Assembly: GCA_963812155.1 (NCBI GenBank)
Contig: CAWETW010000001.1
Location: 805,689-869,688, forward strand
DNA from: Vulcanimicrobiota bacterium
GTDB taxonomy: Bacteria; Vulcanimicrobiota; Vulcanimicrobiia; Vulcanimicrobiales; Vulcanimicrobiaceae
Length of the DNA stretch: 64,000 bases
Direction: 5' to 3'
The notes under the pieces were generated by a model that saw nothing but the letters and a program-made list of their open reading frames with translations, had not been told where the DNA came from and ran no database searches. The translations under genes and the position numbers were made by a program. This document shows, piece after piece, positions 41,645-52,633 of the stretch; within the stretch, counting starts at the first letter, position 1, and each line of letters begins with the position of its first letter.

Positions 41645-43163
41645 TCATGACACCGCCGGCTCGTGATCGAGTACTGCTTGTCGTGGCGTGCCATCGGTGG
41701 TGTCGCGGTTGGCTTCCATCAAGCGCAACCAGACTTCACTGATGGTCGGGAGACACGGCACCGCTTGCCACAGCCGATCGATGGGCACCCGAGCTGCGAC
41801 TGCGATGGTGGCCGAATGCAGCAGCTCTGCGACTCCCGGGCCGACGAACGTCGCCCCGCAGGTAGCCGTGGTCGAGGTCGACAACGATACGAGCGCGGCC
41901 GGTGTAGCCATCGGCATAGAAGTTGGCGCCCGGAACGGTCTCGCCGATGTAGACGTCGACGGTCTTGACCCGGTGCCCCAACTCCTCGGCCCGCGTGGTG
42001 GTCAAACCGACAGACGCGGCCTCAGGATCGGTGAAGAACACCTGGGGTACCGCGTGTGAATCCGCTGTGGCGACGTGGGCGCCCCAGGGTCTGTCGTCGA
42101 GGATCTGTCCTTGGGCCCGGGCACCGATTGCGTTGCCCGCCATGCGAGCCTGGTACTTGCCCTGGTGTGTCAAGAGGGCTCGGTGGTTGGCGTCGCCCAT
42201 GGCGTAGAGCCAGTCGCCGGCGACGCCACGGATGAGGCAGGTGTCGTCGACGTCGAGCCAGGATCCCGGCGAGAGGCCAATCGTCTCGAGTCCGATATCG
42301 CCGGTGTTGGGCGTCCTGCCGGTGGCGAAGAGTATTTCGTCGGCCTCGAACTGGTCGCCATTGTCGAGAATTACCGTGACAGGTCCAGTACCGCCGGGGC
42401 GGCGCAGCTCCGCCACGGAAACACCGGTGCGGACGTCTACCCCGGCTTCGGTGAGGCCATTGTTGACGAACTCGCCCACGAACGGTTCCATCCTCGGTAG
42501 CAGGCGCGCGGTCCGGGCCAACAGCGTCACCTTCGATCCGAGGCCCTGCCATGCCGTTGCCATCTCGACGCCGACTCCGCCGGCACCGACCACCGCCAAT
42601 CGTTGCGGCACCGTGCTGCTGTCGGTCGCCCGTCGATTGGTCCACCGCTTCGCCTCGGCAACGCCGGGTATGTCGGGCACCGCTGCGGTGCTGCCCGTGC
42701 AGATCACGACCGCGTGGCGGGCCGCCAAGGCAACGAGTTGGTCAGCGGTGGCGACGACAACGCGCATCGGCCCGTCGAGGCGGGCGTGACCGCGCACCAG
42801 TGCGACATCCATCGCCTCGACCGAATCGGCTTGGCCGCTGTCGTTCCAGTTGGTGACGTAGCGATCGCGGCGTCCGAATACGCCAGCGGGCGCGATCGAG
42901 CCGTCGATTGCCTCGCGGGCACCCTCGATGCGGCGTGCATCGGCAATGGCGATCACCGGACGCAGTACGGACTTGCTCGGAATGCACCCCCAGTACGAGC
43001 ATTCGCCGCCGACCAGTTCCCGTTCGACGATGGCCACCGACAATCCAGCCGCCCTGGTGCGGGCCGCAACGTTTTGACCCACGGGTCCGGCGCCCAATAC
43101 GATCACGTCGTAAACACCATTCAGGTCAGCGCCGTCGCCACGCGCCTGCACAGGTACAGTCAT
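41645..43163 (-). CDS. Pyridine nucleotide-disulfide oxidoreductase (lipoamide dehydrogenase-like), frameshift near 41858
   Basis: GAGPVG, GGECSYWGCIPSK, ATGRTPN, VPQVFFTDPE, GATFVGP, PTISEVW. Confidence 0.9.
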
Positions 43164-43664
43164 CGTCGTAATCCTCCTCGTGCCATAGCTTTTCAAGGTC
43201 CGGCGTCACGTCCCGGTCATCCGCCCGTCTGGCGAATCAACGATGCCCCCGCTCCTGTCGCACCCAGCGATTGCCGTCAGGGCACCCGCATCTGTCGGCG
43301 CGGTCAGCGAACAGCAGCCGCGGCGGCAACGGTTCAGGGGTGAGAAAATGACCGGCCGTATTGACGGCCAGTGGTGCCCTGCTGCCATGCCAATCCCATC
43401 GCCTCTTCCCCTTACCAGTGAAATTGATCGTCAGTGCATGAAATTCCGCGCACTGTTGGCTCTCCGCGTCGCATCGACGCTGGCGAAGCTGAGAGATTGC
43501 TGTCCGAAGGCCTGAGCTCCTTGCTGAATTACTGGGATGTATCGCCCATTATTCTGGGCTGGTGATCCCAAAGTTGTCTAGAGAGGTTGGCAACTTGATA
43601 GGGATCTCCCAGCTTCGCCACAGTTTCGATTGACGGCCGGCTGAAAGTGACGTTGCAGTCAGGA

Positions 43665-45020
43665 CTACTTTTTTGGTCGCGGCGTCGACCGCGATGGGCG
43701 CCTGACGGGCGCCGGCCTGAATGAGCCGACGTAGTCGACGGCGGCGTCGAGCGCCGTGCGAAGTGGTTCCGCGCTTCCGGTGGCGTAGGTGATCATGGTG
43801 CCGCCCTGATGCGCGGCGACGAGAGCGGCCGCCAGGTGGCGTGGGTCAGCGTCGGGGGTCAAGCGGCCACGGCTTCGCATCGCGGTCAAACCGCGCTGGA
43901 ATACCGCCAGCCATCGCTCGTAGCCAGCGGCCAGGTCGTCCAGAACTTCATTATCAGCTTCGAGCAGTTCACCGGCCAACGACCCGTAGATGCAACCTCC
44001 CCGCAGGTAAACGGATTCCGCCTCAGCCGCGCAGGCCTCGGTCCATGCACGCAAGGCCGCCAAACTGTCGAGATCACCCAGCCGTGGTTGGGTATGAAAT
44101 TTGATCACCTCGTCGGTGCGCGCGGCGATGACTTCTCGTGTCAGGTCACGTTTGTCGGCGAAGTAATGCGAGATCTGTGACCCGCCGACACCGGCAGCGC
44201 TGCGCACATCCGCGAGGCTGGTCCGAGCAATTCCGCGCTCAAAAATCAACCGGGCGGTGCTGTCAACGATGCGTGCACGTTGCTCGAGTCCCTTGGCAGT
44301 GAACCGCACCGAGTTCTGCTCGCTGGCGTTGTCGCGCTGAGGTTTCTGCCGATCGCGGGTCCGGCGAGGACGGTGTGCGACTCGTTCGGCTGGGTCGGCG
44401 GCGAACATGCGCAGGTAGTTCACCGCGAATCGCAGCGCGTCCATCAGCGGCCGCTCTTGGCGGTAGGCAAAAGTCATGGTGGCTCCGCCCTGGTGGCTGG
44501 CGACGATGACCATGGCGAGGTTTTTGGGCTGCGCCTTCGTTACGAGAACACCCCGGTCCTTCATCCGCCGGATCGAGTGCTCGATCAGCTCGATCCATTG
44601 CCAGTAACCCGCCGCCAGCGTCCTGCGCGTAACCTCGTCAGATTTGACGAGGTGTCCCGCGAGCGTGTGGTAGGTGGGCGTTCCCACATAGCCGATGCAT
44701 CGCAAGTAGCGCAAGTTCGCAGCGATCCACTCTTCGAAGTCGTCAAATGTATTCAGCCCGCGAAGGTTTGGCTGGCGATGAAAGTCAAGGACCACGTCGA
44801 TCTGGCGACCAATTACCGCCCGGATCAACGCCTGCTTATCGACGAAGTAGTGCGTCAGCTGCGAGCCGCTGACCGAGGCCGCCTCACGCACCTTCTTCAG
44901 GTTGAGTCCTGAGATTCCGTCGACGAGGATCACCTCTGCCGCTGACTGCAGGATCCGCTCGCGGGTGGCTCGCCCCTTTGCCGTGAGCGCTTGCGCGTCG
45001 TGAAGATCTGCGGTGGACAT
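43665..45020 (-). CDS. Tandem (two-unit) TetR/AcrR family regulator
   Basis: LTAKGRATRERIL...SGSQLTHYFVDK and FTAKGLEQRARIV...GGSQISHYFADK. Confidence 0.9.
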   Translation of the reverse strand: MSTADLHDAQALTAKGRATRERILQSAAEVILVDGISGLNLKKVREAASVSGSQLTHYFVDKQALIRAVIGRQIDVVLDFHRQPNLRGLNTFDDFEEWIAANLRYLRCIGYVGTPTYHTLAGHLVKSDEVTRRTLAAGYWQWIELIEHSIRRMKDRGVLVTKAQPKNLAMVIVASHQGGATMTFAYRQERPLMDALRFAVNYLRMFAADPAERVAHRPRRTRDRQKPQRDNASEQNSVRFTAKGLEQRARIVDSTARLIFERGIARTSLADVRSAAGVGGSQISHYFADKRDLTREVIAARTDEVIKFHTQPRLGDLDSLAALRAWTEACAAEAESVYLRGGCIYGSLAGELLEADNEVLDDLAAGYERWLAVFQRGLTAMRSRGRLTPDADPRHLAAALVAAHQGGTMITYATGSAEPLRTALDAAVDYVGSFRPAPVRRPSRSTPRPKK

Positions 45021-45189
45021 CGGAAGCAACGGTACCCCCGCGTCCCACGAAAATGGGGTAAACGACCCACCAGCGGTGCCGGTGTCAGGAAATCAGCCGC
45101 GGCGTCGGCGATCGCGTCCGCGGATCTGCCGACCGGCGGCGGACAATAATGAATGGCGCCCCGCACCACCCGGTGCTCGATAGGCGCTG

Positions 45190-46080
45190 CTATGTAGACG
45201 GTTTTGAGTCACACCCCTGCAGCTGCCGGGCGAGGAAACCCCGGACGAGCGTCGTCACCTCGTCAACCGCGGACTCCAGTAGGAAGTGTCCGCCGTCGAG
45301 CAGATGGATATCGGCAGCAGGTAGATCCGCCGCAAACGCCTCCGCACCTGCGGGACCGAAGATCTGGTCGCCTCGACCCCATACCGCCAACAGCGGCACA
45401 CGGGTGGCACGGAAATACTCGTGCAGCCGCGGATACAACGGCGGGTTTGTGGCATAGTCCCGGAACAGGGCGAGCTGCACCGCATCATTACCCGGCCGTG
45501 ACAGCAGCGAATAGTCGTGAAACCACGACTCTGGATCCACCAGCGTCTGATCCTGAACACCAGTCACGTATTGCCACCGCGTCGCTTCGAGCGTGAAGAA
45601 CTGCCGCACCGCCGCCTCTGTCTCGGGCGTCTGTGCAGACTGGTAGTCCCACACCGTCTTCCAGAAGCTCTCGACGAATCCGGCGTCGTAGGCATTGCCG
45701 TTCTGGCTGATGATCGCCGTGACCGCTTCCGGCTTATCTAACGCCAGCCGCCAGCCGATCGGCGCTCCATAGTCCTGCACGTACATCGCGTACCGCTCAA
45801 CCCCGAGGCTGCGCAGCAGCCCGGCGGTCAGCGCCGTGAGCGCATCGAAGGTGTAGTCAAAGGTGTCGACCGATGGCGCATCGGACAGACCGAAGCCCAG
45901 ATGGTCGGGCGCGATCACGCGATACTCGTCGGCAAGCGCCGGAATCAAATGCCGAAACATGTGGGAGCTAGTCGGAAAGCCGTGGAGTAAGAGAAGAACT
46001 GGCGCTTCAGCGTCACCGGCCTCGCGATAGAACAGCCGATGTCCATCGACGGTCACGTAGCGGTGATGAACGATAGCCAT
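45190..46080 (-). CDS. Alpha/beta hydrolase (epoxide hydrolase/dehalogenase-like)
   Basis: LLHGFPTSS, APDHLGFG, QDYGAP nucleophile elbow, GGHF. Confidence 0.92.
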   Translation of the reverse strand: MAIVHHRYVTVDGHRLFYREAGDAEAPVLLLLHGFPTSSHMFRHLIPALADEYRVIAPDHLGFGLSDAPSVDTFDYTFDALTALTAGLLRSLGVERYAMYVQDYGAPIGWRLALDKPEAVTAIISQNGNAYDAGFVESFWKTVWDYQSAQTPETEAAVRQFFTLEATRWQYVTGVQDQTLVDPESWFHDYSLLSRPGNDAVQLALFRDYATNPPLYPRLHEYFRATRVPLLAVWGRGDQIFGPAGAEAFAADLPAADIHLLDGGHFLLESAVDEVTTLVRGFLARQLQGCDSKPST

Positions 46081-46352
46081 CTGCGACCTCCTCAAAACCG
46101 AGTTCGACGTTCGTCCCGTGACCACACCCAGTGTGCGACACCGACGCCATTATGGGTCGGCTCGCCCATTCCGCGCAATGGCCACTCCTCATGTCAACCG
46201 TGTTACACAGCGCACTCACAGTTATGCCGTGTTGGTTTGGGACAACATTGACCGAATACTGGGTCATATCGCCCAGTTAGGCTGATGTGTCTGCGGCGCT
46301 GCCCGCGCACAATCTGGACCTCGAAACGAAGGCTCTGGTTCCACCCCCACTG

Positions 46353-46381
46353 TTGACATACTGGGTCATACACCCCAGAAT
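46353..46381 (+). promoter_or_regulatory. Sigma70-type promoter with an operator in the spacer
   Basis: TTGACA-17bp-CAGAAT, overlapping TGGG-N8-CCCA at 46362-46377. Confidence 0.55.
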
Positions 46382-46451
46382 AGTGCGGGCATCAAACCCG
46401 GTTTTTCACTGAGATGCACTGGCGAGCTTCAGCAAGAAGAGGCAGTGACTC

Positions 46452-46859
46452 ATGCACGTAGCGCGCCACCTGACGACCGTTGTTGCGGCCGGCTTCCCGC
46501 TGTCGGACGGACCACTGAGCGGCATCGCCGAACAAATGAAGAACGGTCAACTCGACGCCGTTCCGGCCCCCGTCTTTTCCTTCAACGACATCCGGGAAGC
46601 CCACCGCGTCATGGAAGCCGGTGAAGCTGGTGGGAAGTGTCGTACTGGACTGATCACGGCGCAGTTGAGGGTGCTTTCGACGGTGAGCTTTCTCTTCACA
46701 ACGCCGGGCGTAGGTGAGCCGGCAGGAGGCGGCTTCCCCGCCATCTCGCTCACAGGGGAGTTCTTACTTAAAGACATTCCGTTGCTGGGTCTTTCATTCT
46801 GGACGCTCGCCGAAGCGATTAGAGCGATCAAGCGGCCAACCACTGTATCTGCGGAATAG
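46452..46859 (+). pseudogene. Fused fragments: zinc-binding oxidoreductase C-terminus and DUF417 C-terminus
   Basis: FSFNDIREAHRVMEAGEAGGK followed by TVSFLFTTPGV...GEFLLKDI. Confidence 0.65.
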
Positions 46860-46949
46860 CCGCCGAGACGACCACTCGTGAAGCGGGTGCCGCGATTACG
46901 CTGTCGGTCCGAGCTCGGACCAACTTTCGAATATCGGGGCTGCGACGGA

Positions 46950-48800
46950 TCAGCCGGAGATCACCGGTAGCGTAACGGCGGATGGGTGCTCCCGGTCATG
47001 CAGGATCGTCTGGACCGCGGTGCGGGTAGCCGTGTCCATTCCGAAGGGTGCACCGGTGTTGGGGTTCGGCGCGAATTGGGGATAGTCGCTGCTGGAGATC
47101 TCCACCCGGATGCGATCGCCCGTCCGGAATTCGTAACTGGTTGGCCAGACGTGGATTTGATACTCGTATGGGCGACCCGGCGTCGTCGATGTGGGATCGG
47201 ATAATGAGTCCCTGAATGAGGTCCGCAGGATTCCGCTGTTCAGATCGATCACCCGGCCATCGGGCTTGACCACCGCCAACTTGGCCGTGAAATCTGTGTC
47301 CATCGACGTGGATTGGGCCCAGAGTCGTACGTTCACCGGGCCTGTCACCTCGGTGTCGCGTTCGAGCGGCGCGCTGCTGTATACCAGGACGTCGGATCTC
47401 TGTTCGACGGGAGACTGGTCGTACGGTCCCTGCGGGCCGGACTGCGCACCGCAGCAGGAGTGACCGCCAAGGCTCGGCGCTGGGAATGCCGGGTCGTAGG
47501 TGTAGGTATCCGGCGGCTGGGCGCCGGGCGCGGCGGCTACGAGTTCACCTTTGCGGTCTTCGATTCCGCCGGGCCCCGAGAGGTAGAACGTAGTCCAGTT
47601 TGTCTGTGGCAGAGGCCAACTCGTCGCGGACTTCCAGGTGTTGGCACCCATGACGAAGTAGTCGACCCTGGGTTTTCCGGCGACGTCGTTGTTCTCTCCC
47701 TTCAGAAAGTGGTCGAACCAGGTCAGCATCAAGTTGTTGATGGGACTGTCTCCGACCGCGCCGATGTCCTTGAGCAGCGGCGCCGGGGACGAGCCGGGTC
47801 TGCCCCAGTTGACGTGATCCCACGGACCGATGACCAAGCGCTGGTTGTCGCGGGCAAGCTCGGTGCCACCGTGGGCGATCATCCCGGCGAAGTTCTCGGT
47901 GCCTCCGGCGAGAAATGCGTCGTACCAGCCCTCGAAGTGGAGCACGGGCACCTTCACCGACGGGTAGCGCTCCCTGATGCTGAACTGCCTCCAGAAGTCG
48001 TCGCGGGTGGAATGCCGGATCCAGTCGAAATACCAGGGTGCGACCACGGGGTTCTGCGGTTGCATCGGCGGCAGGTCCTTGAATGGGCGGAAGTCCATCC
48101 ATCGGGTCGGATCGCCGGCAGCCGCCTTCAGTTTCACGGCCGTGGCTTGGTCGTTGCGGTTCTGCGCGGCGGAGGTCGCGAGTCCGATTGCCCACGGCTG
48201 CACGAAGGCCAGCCGGAACTCCCCGCCCTCGTACGTCCACCCGTCGTAGTAGTCCGAGGCGGTATTTGCCGGGACGATCGTCGCAAGATGCGGCGGCGCG
48301 GTCGTAGCGGCGAGCCATTGTGTGGCGCCGACGTACGACGAGCCGTACATCCCGACCTTGCCGTTGGAGCCCGGCAGCGTGGCGGCCCACTCGACGGAGT
48401 CGTAGCCGTCCTCCATGTCATTGGTGAACTCGCTGAACGTGCCGCCCGATGTACCCTGGCCGCGCACGTCCTGAATGACCACCAGATAGCAGTGCGAAGC
48501 GAACCAATCGGGCGGCTGGTAACGCGATCCGGCCTGTGCACCCGATTTTCCGTATTGGGTGCGCATCAGGATCACGGGTACCGGGTCGCTGGTGCGGGGC
48601 CGGTAGACATCGGCGCGCAACACGGTGCCGTCGCGCATCGTGGCCGGCACGTCGGTCTCCTTGGCGACCTCGCACGGGCCGCGTCCGGCGTCGGCCGGGG
48701 AGGGGCTGAATACGCCGGCAGGGTGCCCACCGGCGCATCCGCTTATGGCGAGGACGCCGGCAGCGGCCACGGCGCAGAGGCGGACGGCGACGGAACGCAC
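46950..48800 (-). CDS. CocE/NonD family serine hydrolase lipoprotein
   Basis: Lipobox ISGC, MRDGTVLRADVYRP, QDVRG, GSSYVG, GWYD, GPWDH. Confidence 0.92.
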   Translation of the reverse strand: MRSVAVRLCAVAAAGVLAISGCAGGHPAGVFSPSPADAGRGPCEVAKETDVPATMRDGTVLRADVYRPRTSDPVPVILMRTQYGKSGAQAGSRYQPPDWFASHCYLVVIQDVRGQGTSGGTFSEFTNDMEDGYDSVEWAATLPGSNGKVGMYGSSYVGATQWLAATTAPPHLATIVPANTASDYYDGWTYEGGEFRLAFVQPWAIGLATSAAQNRNDQATAVKLKAAAGDPTRWMDFRPFKDLPPMQPQNPVVAPWYFDWIRHSTRDDFWRQFSIRERYPSVKVPVLHFEGWYDAFLAGGTENFAGMIAHGGTELARDNQRLVIGPWDHVNWGRPGSSPAPLLKDIGAVGDSPINNLMLTWFDHFLKGENNDVAGKPRVDYFVMGANTWKSATSWPLPQTNWTTFYLSGPGGIEDRKGELVAAAPGAQPPDTYTYDPAFPAPSLGGHSCCGAQSGPQGPYDQSPVEQRSDVLVYSSAPLERDTEVTGPVNVRLWAQSTSMDTDFTAKLAVVKPDGRVIDLNSGILRTSFRDSLSDPTSTTPGRPYEYQIHVWPTSYEFRTGDRIRVEISSSDYPQFAPNPNTGAPFGMDTATRTAVQTILHDREHPSAVTLPVISG

Positions 48801-48878
48801 GTCATAACGCTAGTGCCCCAAGGCAATGTCGCGACAACTGCGCGACCCGACCCAACCGGCGCGGCGCAAGAGGTCCGC

Positions 48879-49187
48879 TCAGGTGGGCTCGGTAACAGCG
48901 CGCGAGGGTCCAGCGCAGCGAAGCGAGTCGCCCAGTGTCCAGATCGACACGCCGATGAGCACTAGGTCCTTGAGAAGGAATTGGCCCGGCTGAGCAGAGA
49001 GGACGGGCAGGCCTGCGGCGTGGGTAGCGAGCTCGATGAGCACACGCGCTTCCATCTTCACGTACTTGCCGAACCCAATCCAGGCCAGGACAACGACCAG
49101 ACCGTAGCGGGCGACGATTTGGCCCACCCGCATCAGCAACGGGGCAGCCTTCTCGTCAAGGGTGGCGGCTACTGGGGTGATGATCAT
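48879..49187 (-). pseudogene. DUF417/YkgB family membrane protein with internal deletion
   Basis: RYGLVVVLAWIGFGK...EA joined directly to GQFLLKDLVL. Confidence 0.7.
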
Positions 49188-49224
49188 GCAGACTGCCTTC
49201 CTCTTGAGGAAATGAGGTATCGAA

Positions 49225-49500
49225 CTAGTGGTCATCAGGGCACGAGACGTCGACATAGACGGTCGTGAACGAGCTCCCAGTAGTGGGAAGAACGCCGTGC
49301 ACGCCGGTGGTTGCGCATGCGGACAACGGATCGGTCACACTCCCGTTGATCTGCACGTTGTAGCCTCGGCTTGGAGCTTCTTTCACGGCGTCGGCGGCGT
49401 TCCCGCCTACCGTGGGGGCCGCCACGGCGGTGCCGGCCAATCCCAGCGCCGCGGCGGTGAACGTCGTTGCAGCTGCAACAGTGAAACTGATCTTTCTCAT
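49225..49500 (-). CDS. Small secreted mycobacterial protein
   Basis: Signal peptide, GYNVQING, PLSAC, TVYVDVSC. Confidence 0.7.
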   Translation of the reverse strand: MRKISFTVAAATTFTAAALGLAGTAVAAPTVGGNAADAVKEAPSRGYNVQINGSVTDPLSACATTGVHGVLPTTGSSFTTVYVDVSCPDDH

Positions 49501-49948
49501 CGTGGTCCTCCTGGGTGACGTTGTTGCAATGTCTCTTGCTGAGACACCGCAAGCCTGACCGCCCAGAACGTCCTTCTGCTAATTCCTCACTGAAGGTTCG
49601 ATAAAGAAATCGACCCGCACGGATTACGTCAGGCGACCATTCATCAGCGGAATGGATCCCATCCGAGGTCGCGCCTTTGCCGCGTCTCTACCTGGCGTTA
49701 TCCGTTCCAATAAGCGCAGATCTGGTGGCCTGGTACCTGCATTGTTTGAATCGGTAGTCACACCTTGGCCGGCCCGTTGTGCGTCGACAAGGCGGCGGTC
49801 TATGACAATTCCGCTACGCGCGTATTGTCTGCTATATCGACCGGTTTGCTATTTGTTCGCTGATGAACTCCTGAAGTTTCGATGAAGATTCGCCGCACCT
49901 GCAGCGCACCGCGTCGACCGTGCAGCGATCCGCGGGCACTATGGATCC

Positions 49949-50683
49949 ATGGACAATGCCGCAGCAGCCGCGGTCCAGGACTTCCGGGCGTTGGTAGTCG
50001 ACGACGAAGCCCCATTGGCCGACGTGGTTGCGAGCTACCTGAAGCGAGAGCTGTTCGAAGTCCACCTGGCCCATGACGGACACGGTGCACTCACCCTGGC
50101 ACGTGAAGTCGATCCCGACGTCGTCATCCTTGACATCGGACTGCCCGGCGTCGACGGCATCGAGGTGTGCCGACAACTCCGAGTCTTCTCCGACGCCTAC
50201 GTCATCATGTTGACCGCCCGTGACACCGAGGTGGACACCATTGTCGGCCTCTCTGTCGGCGCCGACGACTACGTCACGAAACCGTTCAGCCCCCGCGAGC
50301 TCGTGGCCCGGGTCCGCGCGGTGCTGCGTCGACCCCGCCGCACACCCACGCATGGCTCGGATCCGGGCCAAGAGCTGAGCCCACCCCGCCGGTTCGGCGC
50401 CCTCCGCATCAACGTCGACAGCCGGGAAGCACACATTGGCGACACACCGATCATGTTGACCCGCACGGAGTTTGACGTGCTGGCCGCGTTGTCGTCACGC
50501 CCGGGCACGGTGCTCAGCAGACGGCAACTGCTCGAATCAGTATGGGGCGACTCGTGGGTGGGCAACGACAACATCGTCGATGTCCACGTTGGGCACCTGC
50601 GACGCAAACTGGGCGACAACCCCTCCCTGCCGCGATATGTCACCACTGTGCGCGGCGTCGGGTATCGCATGGGCACGGGGTGA
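49949..50683 (+). CDS. OmpR-family response regulator
   Basis: VVDDE, LDIGLPG, GADDYVTKPF, VTTVRGVGYR. Confidence 0.95.
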   Translation: MDNAAAAAVQDFRALVVDDEAPLADVVASYLKRELFEVHLAHDGHGALTLAREVDPDVVILDIGLPGVDGIEVCRQLRVFSDAYVIMLTARDTEVDTIVGLSVGADDYVTKPFSPRELVARVRAVLRRPRRTPTHGSDPGQELSPPRRFGALRINVDSREAHIGDTPIMLTRTEFDVLAALSSRPGTVLSRRQLLESVWGDSWVGNDNIVDVHVGHLRRKLGDNPSLPRYVTTVRGVGYRMGTG

Positions 50684-51582
50684 TGATGCTTTCGCGACGC
50701 CCGACGCGGGGCCCTGGCATCCGGATGCGGCTCTGGGTCGCTAATTCGGTGGTCATCATCGCCGGCATCGCCACGACAAGTGTTGTCGCCGCGATCGTCG
50801 GTCCGCCGATGTTTCGTCGGCTCATGGATGAGGCGGTGGTACCCGGGCTCAACGGAAACCACCCCTATGAGCGTGCTTTCCGCGATGCGACCGCCCTGTC
50901 GGTGGGTATCGCCCTTGGAGTGTCCGCGCTGACGGCGCTGACCCTGAGTTGGTATCTCAGTCGCCGCGTGCACCGCTCGGCTACCGCCCTGTCTCAAGCG
51001 GCCTCCGCGGTTGCCAACGGCCACTACGACATCCGAGTTGCGCCACCACGCCTCGGTAAGGAATTCGACGCGGTCGCGGCGGCCTTCAACAAGATGGCCC
51101 AAGAGCTCGGTGTCGTCGACGATGCGCGCCGCCAAATGCTCGCCGACTTGGCGCACGAGATCAGGACCCCGGTCTCGGTGCTGGATGCGTACATGGAGGC
51201 GCTGGAGGACGGTGTGCAGCGCCTCGACCAGGACACCGTCAGCACTCTGCGCGACCAGACCCGCCGTCTGACCCGGTTCAGCGTCGATGTCAACGCACTG
51301 GCTGTCGCCGAACGCCGCACGACGTCCATCGACGCGCGGTGGACATCGCCCGAGACACTGATAGGCACCGCAGTGTCGGCATTCGCGCCTCGTTACGGCG
51401 CGAAAGGCGTGGCGCTGACATCATGCGTCGCCGACGACCTGCCCGCGTTGTGGGGCGACCCCGAGCGGCTGGGTCAAGTGCTGGGCAATCTGCTAGACAA
51501 TGCGCTACGCCACACCGGTCCGGGTGGTCGTGTCAGCGTGACGGCCACCGCCGCGGACGAGGAGGTGGCGATCGCGGTCTCA
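50683..51582 (+). pseudogene. HAMP sensor histidine kinase truncated by IS
   Basis: DLAHEIRTP, NLLDNALRH; ends at IAVS before the G1/F/G2 boxes. Confidence 0.88.
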
Positions 51583-52435
51583 GAACGTGTTGGGAAAGTG
51601 TCAGGCGGCGGTTGAGGGCGCGTTGCCACGGCTTGCGGCCGGGTGGCGGCTCGAGCCGTCGGACCATCAATCCGATCATCGCCCATTTGATCATGGCCTC
51701 GCTGGTCTCCGGCAGTCGCTCGTAATCATGGTCCAGGCGGCGGCATTTCACGATCCAGGCGAATGTGCGCTCGACCACCCACCGCCGGGGAAGCACCTGG
51801 AACATCCTGATTCCCAAGGGTTTACGCACGATCTCGACGGTGATGTGGGCGACCGCCTCGGCCCATTCGACCAGCCTGCCGGCGTAGCCGCCGTCAGCCC
51901 ACAGCAGCGACAGCGACGGCATCGCCATCTTCACCCGGTCCAGCAGCGTGCGTGCTCCGTCGCGGTCCTGCACGCTCGCCGAGGTGATCAGCACCAGCAG
52001 CAACAGGCCCATCGTGTCGACCACGACGTGGCGCTTGCGGCCGTTGACCTTCTTCCCGGCATCGAATCCGCGCACGGCCGCCGCGACGGTGTCGGCGCCC
52101 TTGACCGACTGGGCGTCCACGCACCCGGCCGAGGCCATCGGGTCCCGATCGCTCGCATCCCGCACGCGGTCCCGCACTGCATCGTGGAGCCGGTCAACCA
52201 CACCGTCCTCGCGCCAGCGCTTGAAATACCAGAACACCGTCGCCCACGGTGGAAAGTCATGCGGCAGTTGACGCCACGCGCATCCGGTGCGGTTGACGTA
52301 CATGATCGCGTCGACGATGCGGCGCCGGGAATGAACCGCCGGACGGCCACCGGAGCGCGGCGCGGGCACCAACGGCTCGATCAGCTCCCACTGCGCGTCG
52401 GTCAGGTCGGACGGATAGCGTTTGTTCTCGGCCAC
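51580..52435 (-). CDS. IS5 family transposase (3' end uncertain)
   Basis: YPSDLTDAQW, WRQLPHDFPPW, DAQSVK, GRKRHVVVD, WADGGY, RWVVERTFAW. Confidence 0.95.
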
Positions 52436-52503
52436 AAGCCCACACTGACCACTTGAGCCACATCAGTCACGCAGGCACGCCGAGTCACTTTCCCAACACG
52501 TTC
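51583..52503 (-). mobile_element. IS5 family insertion sequence (IS1031-like group)
   Basis: Perfect 18-bp terminal IRs GAACGTGTTGGGAAAGTG enclosing one transposase gene. Confidence 0.92.
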
Positions 52504-52633
52504 TGAGGAGTTCGTCTCGCATCTCTTTGATGCCGGCCATCTCACCGAGGCAAAGCGGCTCGCTGTGACGCTCAGGGTTCAGCTACACCACGGCCTCAAC
52601 GGATACTTCTGACGATTGACCTTAGTGAGGTGA

